From positions 12,441 through 76,440 of IMG/VR virus record IMGVR_UViG_2534682207_000010: 64,000 nucleotides of DNA; one strand, written 5' to 3'. Position 1 is the stretch's first letter, and each line of letters starts with the position of its first letter. The translations under genes and the position numbers were made by a program. Source of the DNA: a virus. Taxonomy: Duplodnaviria; Caudoviricetes. The notes under the pieces are model-generated. The model saw only the letters and a program-made list of their open reading frames with translations. It did no database searches and was not told where the DNA came from. Of this stretch, positions 18,374-28,016 are shown one piece after another.

Positions 18374-18863
18374 TAGCTAGGCAGTATACAAAATATCCAG
18401 TATAAGTGCATGATATCACAAGCGCGGATAATGTGCAAGCCTGTAATATTGTTTTGACGCATCACAAGCGCTGTTGTTGGATTTTACAGGCGTTACCCTT
18501 GCAATGTGCGATAAACGCATAAAAACGGATATACGGATAAAATATCATGTTGTCAATTCGCAAATTCCCGCACCGGTTGCCGGGCGGGAACTGGGAACTA
18601 ATGCGGTGGACTGCGTACACTTCTGTTCATGGGCCTCCCCTTCTCTCGTTTTGATTTTTTTTGCACATAGGAAATACGCCGCCCGTCTGCGTCCCGCAGC
18701 TTGTAGAGTGGTGTATTGCCTGTATGCTGGATGCTATCGCGCAACCGTTAAGCGCCGGATGACGTCACCGGGGCGGGGCGCGTCCGCGGCGTTACTGCTT
18801 CGCCTTACTTTCTGTTTTCCTCCGCTCTGCGACTTTCCCCGGGGTTGCGACCGGATACCCGCA

Positions 18864-19025
18864 TTAGAGGGGCGGCAGTGCCGCCCCTCTGTTGTATAAT
18901 TTGATTTCCTGCTCGTTGGCCGATTCGGTGTGTCCGTCCGGATATTCCCGGATTATTTTTCCGCCGCATTCCGTTACCCAGTAAATCAAGTTCCCATTTT
19001 CATCTGCCAGATACATGCTTTTCAT
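18864..19025 (-). CDS. 53-aa hypothetical protein
   Basis: GGAGAAAGGA RBS; perfect hairpin AGAGGGGCGGCAGTGCCGCCCCTCT at its 3' end. Confidence 0.55.
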   Translation of the reverse strand: MKSMYLADENGNLIYWVTECGGKIIREYPDGHTESANEQEIKLYNRGAALPPL

Positions 19026-19071
19026 GTTGTTCCTTTCTCCCGGCTCTGACCCTGCCGGGCTGGTGGTGCGG

Positions 19072-19443
19072 TTAAACAGTTGCGATAACAACGGCATCCT
19101 CTATGATGATTTCGCCCTCGTCATTACCATAGGTAACACGGTCTCCGCCGATGATAACAATATCTCCATAGTATACTTTGGATGCGTTAATGGCTTTTTC
19201 CAGCTTTGACTTGATTTCCTCTGAGTCATCCCATCCGGAGTGTATCCTGGTGTTGTATGCGCACGTGCCAGGGAGTTCTTGCGGCTCTTCCGTCTCGTAT
19301 GTGGAGCAGTCGAACTCATAATTCCAGTCGTAAGAGTTGCGGCAGTAATCGCCAACGTTGTAATGTTCATCATCTGCCAAATGTCTTATGCCTATATATT
19401 CGGCTCCGCTGGCCTCAATTAAATCAATGATGTTTTTGGTCAT
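19072..19443 (-). CDS. acidic hypothetical protein
   Basis: AGGAG RBS before ATG 19443; divergent promoter upstream. Confidence 0.7.
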   Translation of the reverse strand: MTKNIIDLIEASGAEYIGIRHLADDEHYNVGDYCRNSYDWNYEFDCSTYETEEPQELPGTCAYNTRIHSGWDDSEEIKSKLEKAINASKVYYGDIVIIGGDRVTYGNDEGEIIIEDAVVIATV

Positions 19444-19495
19444 GGCTTTTATCTCCTTTTTGTTTGGTGTGTTGTTGTTTGCTATGCTTATACTA

Positions 19496-19897
19496 TAACG
19501 CACATATAAAAAAGTCGCAATACCGGAATAACCAACGAAATAACGCACATATATAGGCGAAAAAATTGTGTAAATTGTATAACGCACATATTCATTGACA
19601 TTAAAACGCACATAGGATATAATAATGTAAAGCACATATATATTAAGGACGGTGTAAGACGTGGAAAATAAGGAATTAAAGACGACCGAAGCGCAGAGAA
19701 AAGCGATAAGGGAATATGAAAAGAGGAATTATAGATTAAATATAGTTTTCCCGGCAGGGACCAAAGAACGCATTGAGGGACTAGGGTTAAATAAAACGCC
19801 ATCCGCCTTTATCCGTGATACAATCTTGACAAAATTGGACGAATTGGAAAAAATATTAAAATAACGCACATATAATATTGACAACATAACGCACATA
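19496..19897. promoter_or_regulatory. seven TAACGCACATA operator-like repeats overlapping two consensus sigma-A promoters
   Basis: Repeats at 19496, 19541, 19580, 19604, 19628, 19862, 19887; TTGACA(19595)-17-TATAAT(19618) and TTGACA(19878)-17-TATACT(19901). Confidence 0.85.
19661..19864 (+). CDS. small DNA-binding protein (ribbon-helix-helix/Arc-like)
   Basis: AQRKAIREYEKRNYRLNIVFPAGTKERI pattern; GTG start; flanked by operator repeats. Confidence 0.65.
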   Translation: MENKELKTTEAQRKAIREYEKRNYRLNIVFPAGTKERIEGLGLNKTPSAFIRDTILTKLDELEKILK

Positions 19898-19956
19898 CGA
19901 TATACTTGGAGTATCAACAAAGAGGATATCAGGGAGTCATATAGGAGGTAAGTAAA

Positions 19957-20313
19957 ATGGATAAAAATAATGAACTTCGCAAAGCGGCATTGGAAATTAT
20001 TGAGGGGCGTCGGAATGTGACCGAGGCCGAACTGTTAGATAGCGATTGTCGGTACACTACCGTTTTGGTTGATGGCGTAAGTTATAAAATTTATATGGTT
20101 GGCACTGATGAGTGTTTTGATATGGACGAGTTTTATCAATACGGCATCACAGATAACAATCGTCTGCTAAAATTTTATTTTGACTTGCCAGATGACGATG
20201 ATTTTGACGGAGATTTGAGCAATGTGGATTATTCCCAGGCATACCGTGTTGTAGATGTCACTGGGGAATGGGATTATACTGATTTAGGCGTTTTTTTGGA
20301 CGCGCTTAAATAG
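19957..20313 (+). CDS. acidic hypothetical protein
   Basis: GGAGGT RBS; own consensus promoter. Confidence 0.7.
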   Translation: MDKNNELRKAALEIIEGRRNVTEAELLDSDCRYTTVLVDGVSYKIYMVGTDECFDMDEFYQYGITDNNRLLKFYFDLPDDDDFDGDLSNVDYSQAYRVVDVTGEWDYTDLGVFLDALK

Positions 20314-20460
20314 GCTATTGACAGATATTATAAAATCTGCTAGAGTATAACCAATTGATAATTATATATAGCGTGTATGTGTGCTAGTGTCTCGGATGCC
20401 TTGACCACACATGCAGACCGCCGGCCAGTAGATGCGCGGCGAAGTATAACCAGTCCACGG

Positions 20461-20515
20461 GGCCTTGACGTTATAGACGGATGTAGCAGTCTGTCTAAGC
20501 GTCAGGGCCTTTTTT
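20461..20515 (+). terminator. long hairpin with T-tract
   Basis: GGCCTTGACG...CGTCAGGGCC followed by TTTTTT. Confidence 0.7.
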
Positions 20516-20677
20516 ATTTACCTTAACCAGGCAGAGAGGGGCCGCGATGCTCCAATGGGTCTGCCTTATAGTTAATACAAATACAGTGTAGCGGGATAGA
20601 TATATATTATATACATATTCTCATGTGGATAGATAAGGATATTGGGTTACATAGCCCCAGAGAGGAGATGTACAGTT

Positions 20678-21316
20678 ATGTCAGATATTAATATTAACAT
20701 GGTCAAAATAACAGATAGGGACGGTAATACCATAGATGTCTATGCAAATGATATATCTATGTATCTCCAAGATTACATCGACAATAGAGACATAAAGGAT
20801 ATGCGTAAGGAGCCGCAGAGCCGGTGGAATGCCGCTCTTATATATATTAATAAACAGTTGTTTGCTGTTAATCGTGACAGGTTATATACAGATACAAGGT
20901 TAAATAATGCCTATAATCTGGATTTAATAGACTGTATATGTGATATATATATAACTCTATGTTATGAGTATGACAAAGAGATATCTATAAGTGGGTTTAG
21001 TAAATTGACTGGTATAGATACAGATACGGTTAACAGTTGGGGCAGGGAGGAGACGAGAGTAGGTTCAAAAGGTTCCGTTATATACAAAAAATTGAACATG
21101 GAAAACGAAGAAAGTCTGTCAAACATGCTCATTGGCGGAAAGAGAAATCCGGTCGGAATATTGGGGGCATTAAACAGGCGGCATGGTTGGAATATGGGAC
21201 AGCCAAGAGGGACGGACGGAAACAAAACGGGTATATCGTATAGCCGTGAGGAAATAGCGGCTAGGGCCAAGGCAACAGAATCCTTACCTGGAAGCGTGGA
21301 GGATTTGCCGGATTAG
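20678..21316 (+). CDS. putative terminase small subunit
   Basis: GKRNPVGILGALNRRHGWN C-terminal motif resembles clostridial phage TerS; followed by G-tract non-coding region. Confidence 0.55.
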   Translation: MSDININMVKITDRDGNTIDVYANDISMYLQDYIDNRDIKDMRKEPQSRWNAALIYINKQLFAVNRDRLYTDTRLNNAYNLDLIDCICDIYITLCYEYDKEISISGFSKLTGIDTDTVNSWGREETRVGSKGSVIYKKLNMENEESLSNMLIGGKRNPVGILGALNRRHGWNMGQPRGTDGNKTGISYSREEIAARAKATESLPGSVEDLPD

Positions 21317-21688
21317 ACCACTATATTATCAGACAATTCAGTATGTCTGCTACACAATAGGCACAATTGATAGTACGTTGGTTATTGTGCATAAGATTAT
21401 CAACAGATTTTGTGTAGATTTCAACCATAACTATTCGTGAAATTGATATTTAGCGAATAGTTGAAACGAATACAAGTGATGATGGCCTTTGAAAAAGCAA
21501 TATGCATAGTTTTTGAACTGGAATTTGTGCAGTATTTCAGCCAATCAACCGTCATATGCAGATGGTGCGGGAGGGGGGGGGGGGTCTGTAGGAAGTCGCT
21601 GGCGGCGCCAGTTAGTCCCTTCAATTCCGAAAAAAATAAAAAGGCTTTCTTGAAAGGACAGCGCCATGAGGATATTCAATAAAAAGAT

Positions 21689-22105
21689 TTGTTTGCGAAT
21701 CGAAAGAGATTTACATTTCTGATTTCGGTAGCAGACTTTTCTTCACAAGAATGTTATGAGATATATTTCCAGTTTTCGTTAACAGACCCATGGTGGCTTC
21801 CAAAGTATGAACCGGAATTTGGAAAAAGTAAAATCCCATTGTATGGCTGGTTGTTTTTCTACTTCGGGCGTAGAAGCATTGGTGTTCTGTTTCCGTCTGG
21901 AAATGGGAGCGAACCGATAGCAAAGAAACCAATTTATGATAATAACGGTTGTCTTTGGAGACTTTATACGTTTCCTGATGCTGAAATGGCAAAGGATTTC
22001 AGAGACATATCCAAAAAGTACAGGGGAACCGTTTCGGTAAAATGCGAAGATGGAAATTATACAGTCGTGTATATCATCAGGAGAAAACGGATTTTGGGTT
22101 TTTAA
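21689..22105 (+). CDS. hypothetical protein
   Basis: ORF only; start codon uncertain. Confidence 0.45.
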   Translation: MFANRKRFTFLISVADFSSQECYEIYFQFSLTDPWWLPKYEPEFGKSKIPLYGWLFFYFGRRSIGVLFPSGNGSEPIAKKPIYDNNGCLWRLYTFPDAEMAKDFRDISKKYRGTVSVKCEDGNYTVVYIIRRKRILGF

Positions 22106-22131
22106 TTTATCAAGTAGAAAAGGAGCGCTAT

Positions 22132-22494
22132 ATGAGCGAGAAGAGTAAATACACAATCTATGCCGTTGATTTCGACGGAACCTTGTGCGAAAGCGTATAC
22201 CCTGGAATCGGCGCACCGAATCTGGCACTTATTGAGCATTTGAAAAAGCGCCGTAGGCAGGGCAATAAAATCATTCTCTGGACTTGCCGTGAAGGAGAGC
22301 GGCTTCTAGTGGCGGTTGACTGGTGTAGGGAACATGGACTGGCATTCGATGCGGTAAACGAGAATCTACCAGAGATGATTGAGTGGCACGGAAATGACTG
22401 CCGGAAGATTTTTGCAGATGTGTATATTGATGACAAGACGGTTAATAAAACGAAATATCATGTGCCATATAGGGAGGAAAAATATCATGATTGA
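22132..22494 (+). CDS. HAD-superfamily phosphatase-like protein
   Basis: AVDFDGTL, ILWTCREG, RKIFADVYIDDK. Confidence 0.82.
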   Translation: MSEKSKYTIYAVDFDGTLCESVYPGIGAPNLALIEHLKKRRRQGNKIILWTCREGERLLVAVDWCREHGLAFDAVNENLPEMIEWHGNDCRKIFADVYIDDKTVNKTKYHVPYREEKYHD

Positions 22495-22753
22495 AGTTGG
22501 AAAAGAAGTTACTTGGACAAGCCAGGCCCAGGGCAGCGACAAGGAAAAAACGGGAAAGGTCATAGCAATTATACCGGCGAAAATATATGCAGATTTGTTT
22601 CTTCCCCGCGATGTAAAGCCGAGCCATGTCAAGTATGACAGCCACATTAGCATTTATGAGCGTGTTCTGGTTGCAGTTCCGGCTGGAAAGAGCGGGCAGA
22701 TTACCCATTATTACTGTCCGAGAAAATCTGTTCTGGAAGCGCAGGGAAATTGA
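22487..22753 (+). CDS. hypothetical phage protein
   Basis: GGAGG RBS before ATG 22487. Confidence 0.65.
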   Translation: MIEVGKEVTWTSQAQGSDKEKTGKVIAIIPAKIYADLFLPRDVKPSHVKYDSHISIYERVLVAVPAGKSGQITHYYCPRKSVLEAQGN

Positions 22754-22808
22754 CCATTTTCGTGGCATCGCGAAATTGATATATCGAAGTTTAAAGGAGG
22801 TCCATAGA

Positions 22809-22940
22809 ATGTGCGGAAAATGTGAATTTTGCCGAAGAGTAGACGGCGAGTGGAGATGCGATAACGATGAGAGCGAGAACTACGGCATGGAAGTTGAATA
22901 TGACTATGACTGCGTGGATTTCATGGAAAGGGACGAGTAG
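22809..22940 (+). CDS. small Cys-rich protein
   Basis: AGGAGGT RBS; CGKCEFC...C...C. Confidence 0.55.
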   Translation: MCGKCEFCRRVDGEWRCDNDESENYGMEVEYDYDCVDFMERDE

Positions 22941-22942
22941 GC

Positions 22943-23794
22943 ATGGATAAAACAAAAATTGACTGGTGTGACAGTACATGGAATCCGGTTACTGGCTGCC
23001 TGCATGGGTGTGAATATTGCTATGCAAGAAGTATTGCCTACCGCTTTTCTGGACATGGAGAGGATTGGTCAGATGAAGATATTCACATTTTGGACAAGAA
23101 GATTTATGGAGTGGAAGCGGAAAGGTCAGAGCCGTATCCATATGGGTTTGAACCGACATTTCATAGATACCGTCTTGACGAATACCAAAACAAGAAAGGC
23201 AGGAACATTTTTGTATGTTCCATGGCTGACCTGTTTGGGGACTGGGTGCCAAATTCATGGATTGGGGATGTATTCGAAGCTTGCAGGAAAGCTCCACAGC
23301 ACAATTATTTGTTTCTTACAAAGAATCCAAAACGATATAGGCAGATAATAACTGATAACTATAGAAACGGAAGAGAAGTCAAGATGAATAATTTCTGGTT
23401 TGGAACTACCATTACGAATACCTATGATATTGCTTATAACGGCAATGAATTGAGTGTAGATATTGAGGAATTATCAGGCTTGATTGAAAAATTCAATACG
23501 TTTATTAGCTTAGAACCATTGCTTGGAAGTCTTCCAACTATCGCAATAAATTGGTTGATGGAGTTTGATTGGATAATTGTGGGTGCTGAGACCGGCAGAA
23601 GAAAAGGCAAGGTTATACCTGAAAGAAGATGGATTCAGAGTATTGTAGAACAATGCAAAATGACAGGTACTCCGTTATTTATGAAATCCAGTTTGGCAGA
23701 TGTATGGGGAGAACCGTTGATACAGGAGTTACCCGAAGGGTTGAGGAAAGGTAGGTTACATTGTGAGCATAAAAGAATTTGCACATCAGCTTAA
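22943..23794 (+). CDS. DUF5131 (phage Gp37/Gp68, radical-SAM-like) protein
   Basis: TKIDWCDSTWNPVTGCLHGCEYCYA, FVCSMADLF, LTKNP, SLEPLL, WIIVGAETG. Confidence 0.9.
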   Translation: MDKTKIDWCDSTWNPVTGCLHGCEYCYARSIAYRFSGHGEDWSDEDIHILDKKIYGVEAERSEPYPYGFEPTFHRYRLDEYQNKKGRNIFVCSMADLFGDWVPNSWIGDVFEACRKAPQHNYLFLTKNPKRYRQIITDNYRNGREVKMNNFWFGTTITNTYDIAYNGNELSVDIEELSGLIEKFNTFISLEPLLGSLPTIAINWLMEFDWIIVGAETGRRKGKVIPERRWIQSIVEQCKMTGTPLFMKSSLADVWGEPLIQELPEGLRKGRLHCEHKRICTSA

Positions 23795-24167
23795 TGGCAA
23801 GGAATATGGATATCCGATGTTTACTGAAAAAGAAATTCAGACCGCCAAAGATAACGGCTGGGTCATCGTCACCGGAGCTTCCGACGACTTGATGGAGTTT
23901 GAGGGAGCATTACGGGACGAGGGCGGCTGTTTCGATGGTGGACAGGTCTGGTTCTCGAAAGAGAGCGTTTATAACGGCGAGGACGATAAGGAAGATTTTC
24001 CAAATTGTATTGAAGCGTTATGGTGCGATAAGGCGTCCAAGGATGAGGACGGAAATGTTATCCCATGGACGTACAAGACTGACATTCCACATGAGACATT
24101 CATGGTGTATGAGGATGGAGAACCGTATTGCTGTGGGATTGTGTTTTCCGTAAACGACTTGCAGTAG
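23763..24167 (+). CDS. conserved hypothetical phage protein
   Basis: GASDDLMEFEGA...WTYKTDIPHETF pattern. Confidence 0.7.
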   Translation: MSIKEFAHQLNGKEYGYPMFTEKEIQTAKDNGWVIVTGASDDLMEFEGALRDEGGCFDGGQVWFSKESVYNGEDDKEDFPNCIEALWCDKASKDEDGNVIPWTYKTDIPHETFMVYEDGEPYCCGIVFSVNDLQ

Positions 24168-24180
24168 GAGGAAATAGCGT

Positions 24181-24426
24181 ATGTCTACAGTTAAGATGCC
24201 ATTTTTTACAATACCGATAGTTATCAAAATTCTCCGAAATGAGCTTTTGAAACAGGGAGATTTGTACGATGGTTTTGTGGCGAGTATTTTCAGCGTTTTA
24301 AAACCAAAGGAGCATTATATTGGAGATGGTGAATCCGAAATTCACGCTGAATATGGGGCGAAGCATTTAGCGGAAGAAATCTTGAACCAAATTATCGGAA
24401 TGGAGGATGGTGATGGAAGTAATTAA
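24181..24426 (+). CDS. hypothetical protein
   Basis: AGGAGG RBS. Confidence 0.6.
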   Translation: MSTVKMPFFTIPIVIKILRNELLKQGDLYDGFVASIFSVLKPKEHYIGDGESEIHAEYGAKHLAEEILNQIIGMEDGDGSN

Positions 24427-24578
24427 GTCTATTGTAACCTGTGGAGATATTATTATGGCGGCAATTACCGGATGGTTCCTTTGGAAAAATGTTCGGGATG
24501 TTGCTTCTGTGATTGGATTTTCACTGATGTTGTTTCTTTTTCTGGCAAGTGCCGGATTGATTTTGTGGAGGTGACATC

Positions 24579-24815
24579 ATGAAAATTCTTGTAACTTGGC
24601 TTCATAAAGATAATAGGTGCCGCAGTTGGACAAATGCTGATGTGTCTGAACATTCTGTTATGGCTCTTGTTGCTTTTAAAGAGAGTGTTAGTAGGATTTC
24701 TAAAGAACAAAATATATCGTTTGAAGAAGCGTGGAATAAACTGTTCGATTCAATTAGAAAGGCTGATAAAAATGTATGTATGCGTAACAGAGGAACAGAA
24801 AAAAGTCATCAATGA
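24579..24815 (+). CDS. hypothetical protein
   Basis: GGAGGT RBS. Confidence 0.55.
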   Translation: MKILVTWLHKDNRCRSWTNADVSEHSVMALVAFKESVSRISKEQNISFEEAWNKLFDSIRKADKNVCMRNRGTEKSHQ

Positions 24816-25059
24816 AACTGGGAATATGATGGTTATAGAGTTTAAGCGGATTTTAAACAAAATCAAATTAGCATTTGAAGGATTGTTGGAGACAGTGAGG
24901 AATTGTGTCGGATGTTTGGATAAATTCCAGGAGAATTTCTGGAAGCTTCAGGCGAAAGAGAAGTATACCATAGTTCATAGACTGAACAGGTGCGGATTTG
25001 ATGAAAAAGAAATCAATCTGATGGTTTTCGGAGCATATCACTGTCGGAATAATTGTTGA
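24772..25059 (+). CDS. hypothetical protein
   Basis: AAAGG RBS; overlaps upstream gene. Confidence 0.55.
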   Translation: MYVCVTEEQKKVINETGNMMVIEFKRILNKIKLAFEGLLETVRNCVGCLDKFQENFWKLQAKEKYTIVHRLNRCGFDEKEINLMVFGAYHCRNNC

Positions 25060-25086
25060 GTGTTAAAAAACGGGAGGCAAATCAAA

Positions 25087-25629
25087 ATGAAAAACTGGAA
25101 AACAGCTGCCATTGTGGCAGTGGGAATTGTTTTTATTGTGGTAGCGTGCGTATTTGGCGTACAGGGCAGCAGAAATAAGGCAATCGGATTGGAGGAATCC
25201 ATTGAAACCTCCATGTCTGACATTAAGGTGCAAGAGAAGCGTCGAATTGACTTGCTTCCGAACCTTGTAGACACGATTAAGCAGTATGACAAGCACGAGG
25301 CGGAAACACTACAGGAGATTGTGGACGGCAGAGGAAGCACCGGGGATATCGAGAATGTGACTACTGCAATCACAGCGGTAGCAGAAGCCTATCCTGAGCT
25401 GAAAAGCAATGAGAACTACAAACAGCTCATGACAGAGCTTGCTACCACGGAAAACATGATTGCCCAGTATCGTGAGAGCTATAACAAGCAGGTAGGTACA
25501 TATAACCGGTATGTAAAAGGATTTCCGGCCAGATTGTTCTTATCATGGATGGGTTATGAAATATTAGATTATCAGAGGTTGGATTATCAGGCCCCGGCAG
25601 ATGCGCCGACAAATTTATTCGGTGAGTGA
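25087..25629 (+). CDS. lemA: LemA family protein
   Basis: N-terminal TM helix, KRRIDLLPNLVDTIKQY, AVAEAYPELKSNENY. Confidence 0.9.
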   Translation: MKNWKTAAIVAVGIVFIVVACVFGVQGSRNKAIGLEESIETSMSDIKVQEKRRIDLLPNLVDTIKQYDKHEAETLQEIVDGRGSTGDIENVTTAITAVAEAYPELKSNENYKQLMTELATTENMIAQYRESYNKQVGTYNRYVKGFPARLFLSWMGYEILDYQRLDYQAPADAPTNLFGE

Positions 25630-26378
25630 TTATGAAAAAGTCGTGGTGGATTGGAAAATATGAAGTGACAATACGTGAGTTGCTGGCGAGCATTACCATT
25701 ATTGCGGTAATGATGATTTTAGGATTCGTGTTTGCCGGGAAAATAGAAGAACACCAGATGGACAAAAATGCAGAGTATTATAAGTCGGCAAAGATAACCG
25801 AGACAGAGATGTTTCGGTATGGCATGGATACCAGCATTGGAAATGCGCTTGTGTATGGGGATTTAGAGGCGGTTGATACCGTCACTTTCCCGGAAATCGG
25901 CGGAGAATACCTGTACGTAAAAAAGGTTGAGGAGCATTACAATATGCACACACGAACGGTTACATATACGGGCTCAAACGGTAAGACACAAACACGAACC
26001 GAGACATACTGGGAATGGGATTATGCCGGTAGCGAGGAAGTTCATAGCCATAAAATTAGATTTTGCGGTATTGAGATGGATTATCCCAAAGTGGCTATGC
26101 CCGGAACGGATTACATAGACACGATAAATGAATCTGGATTTGTGAGATTCAAATATTATGGATGTAATCCGAAATATACTGGCACAGTCTATACTGATTT
26201 GCGAGACGGAGCCATGAAAGATGATTCACCGTTTTACGTTGGACAGGACATAGAATCAACGGTAGAGTATTTGACTTCTGGCTTTCCGATAGTGCTGTTT
26301 TGGATAATTTGGATTATATTGACTGGTGGTGCAGTGGTTGGGTTTATCTGTCTCGACAATAAATGGTTGGAGGATTGA
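25626..26378 (+). CDS. membrane protein (N- and C-terminal TM helices)
   Basis: Two hydrophobic segments; translationally coupled to lemA. Confidence 0.7.
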   Translation: MIMKKSWWIGKYEVTIRELLASITIIAVMMILGFVFAGKIEEHQMDKNAEYYKSAKITETEMFRYGMDTSIGNALVYGDLEAVDTVTFPEIGGEYLYVKKVEEHYNMHTRTVTYTGSNGKTQTRTETYWEWDYAGSEEVHSHKIRFCGIEMDYPKVAMPGTDYIDTINESGFVRFKYYGCNPKYTGTVYTDLRDGAMKDDSPFYVGQDIESTVEYLTSGFPIVLFWIIWIILTGGAVVGFICLDNKWLED

Positions 26379-26706
26379 ATGATTTTCACTTACTTTGGGA
26401 TTATCCTGTTCCTTACATGGGAGTGGGTTCAATTCATATCAAAAAGACCTGCAAAGCAGGCAATACGACCGAATCAAGCCGGTAGGCACGGGATTCCTTA
26501 CCCTTGTGAGCGGTCGAGGCATCCAGAGTAGATATTGCCCATGGTGCAACTAGATAATACGGATAATAATGTGGAATCCCAAGAAACATTATCTGGTGCA
26601 TCGGGGCCAAAAGCAGTGTAGTCATGCGGTAAACTGCTGAAAAATCCGCAAAAATGCCCAAACCCAATCTAAAATACGAATCTGGTATAGTTACTGGATT
26701 CGTTAA

Positions 26707-26787
26707 GCCAAGTATCCTAACGGTGGGAAGCGGTTTTGAAAACCGTAGGCTATAAAAGGCTAAAAGGTTCGACTCCTTCACTTGGCG
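26707..26787 (+). tRNA. tRNA-Ser(TGA), atypical or degenerate
   Basis: GCCAAGT/ACTTGGC acceptor, GCGGT-TTTGAAA-ACCGT anticodon arm, long variable arm, GGTTCGACTCC; irregular position 8 and D-arm. Confidence 0.6.
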
Positions 26788-27099
26788 CTCCGCATTATGC
26801 TGGAAGTGCGGAATCTTTGACATTTAGAATCTCCCCCTCATAGCTGTTTGCTGTTAAGGCAGAGCGAATCTGCCGTGAGGGTTTCTGCGAATAGTCCTGA
26901 CGACGAAAGGCTTAACAGATAACCGGTCAATTTCTGGGTAGCTGATGGAGGCTCATCACTTCTGGTTCGATTTGGAACGTTTGAACCATGCAGCACAAAT
27001 ATTGGCTATTCCCTGTTTGGAGTAGTTGGTATATAGTTGGTAGATGTGTCACCTGTACGGGAGTTCCATGAATGCGCTTTTGCGCGCAGAGTAAACTGT

Positions 27100-27650
27100 T
27101 CAAATCCTGCATGTCCTTGCAGACATAAGATGGGCGGCAGCCGGATAAGCCATATAAACCGACCTTGGCAAGCAGGAGCTAACTGCTGCAGGAGAGGTAG
27201 ACAGGCTCTCCACTGCCTATCTCCAAATGGAGAAAAGGTTCCTGGAATCGTGACAGCGGTTCTTGTAAAAACCTTGCTAAGATTTTCCCTAAAATACTTG
27301 TGGCAATTTTGTATGTGAACCGATAAGGCAAGGGGAAAAGCCTGCGGGTGAGAAGAAATTGTCCGTCCAGTTTTGCGAGGTAGCTGGACAAGAGTGGAAG
27401 AGGTCTGAAAGAGCGGAGTGGTGTTGTTACTCTGCGGAGGCAAGCGAAAGCGACAATAAGGAAGCAGACCATAAGAGGGTGAGCTGTGTGGGACTATTCC
27501 CTCTTGACACCGGGAAAGACTGGATATTCGCGAATATTTAAGTTGGCGGTGAAATGCTTGAAACCGTCCTGGCCTTGTATGCACCATGAGAAGACGCGGA
27601 GCCGCCGCATACACGCGAAAAGTTGGGAGTAAGGGCGAGATTTAATCTTT
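27100..27650 (+). ncRNA. candidate large structured RNA (ROOL/GOLLD-like context); boundaries and strand approximate
   Basis: No credible ORF; many nested stems and GNRA-type loops; directly upstream of tRNA cluster. Confidence 0.45.
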
Positions 27651-27728
27651 ATCTGGAATCCAGAGAAAACTCCATAGTGCAAACGCATGGCACGATAAAA
27701 ATGTTGCTAACGGGCGCAGGCCCGTTGA

Positions 27729-27799
27729 TGGGATTTAGCTGAGAGGTATAGCAATAGGCTGTTAACCTATGGACATCGGTTCGAATCCGATAATCCCAG
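27729..27799 (+). tRNA. tRNA-Asn(GTT)
   Basis: TGGGATT/AATCCCA acceptor; ATAGG-CTGTTAA-CCTAT; GGTTCGAATCC. Confidence 0.92.
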
Positions 27800-27803
27800 T
27801 TCA

Positions 27804-27885
27804 GGATGAGTAGCCTAGCGGCGAGGGCAGCAGACTGTAAATCTGTGACAAGGAAACATCGTTGGTTCGAGTCCAACCTCATCCA
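27804..27885 (+). tRNA. tRNA-Tyr(GTA)
   Basis: GGATGAG/CTCATCC acceptor; GCAGA-CTGTAAA-TCTGT; long variable arm. Confidence 0.93.
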
Positions 27886-27903
27886 TTCGTATGACCGTGC
27901 TTA

Positions 27904-27977
27904 GGACGCTTAGCAAAGTGGTTAATGCATCCGGCTCATAACCGGAAGATTCCTGGGTTCGATGCCCAGAGCGACCA
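27904..27977 (+). tRNA. tRNA with CAT anticodon (Met or Ile2)
   Basis: TCCGG-CTCATAA-CCGGA; GGGTTCGATGCCC; one acceptor-stem mismatch. Confidence 0.85.
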
Positions 27978-28016
27978 TTGTAGTAAAAGTTAATTAATCA
28001 TAAAGGTGTGTGAAAT

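Noticed and set aside
18474-18899. 141-aa plus-strand ORF from the track
   Set aside because: No RBS, low-complexity Arg/Ala/Pro composition from GC-rich palindromes, overlaps a terminator hairpin.
21573-21584. G12 tract as a phase-variation switch
   Set aside because: Non-coding and not between evident promoter boxes; more likely part of a packaging-region signal, and its length may be a sequencing artefact.
27009-27110. Additional tRNA (GTTCAAATCC T-loop-like) and another at about 26935-26985
   Set aside because: Could not build acceptor and anticodon stems; left as part of the structured non-coding region.
26434-27688. Several track ORFs (e.g. 27006-27614 minus, 26434-26823 minus)
   Set aside because: No RBS, no recognisable motifs, overlap tRNA/structured RNA; treated as chance frames.
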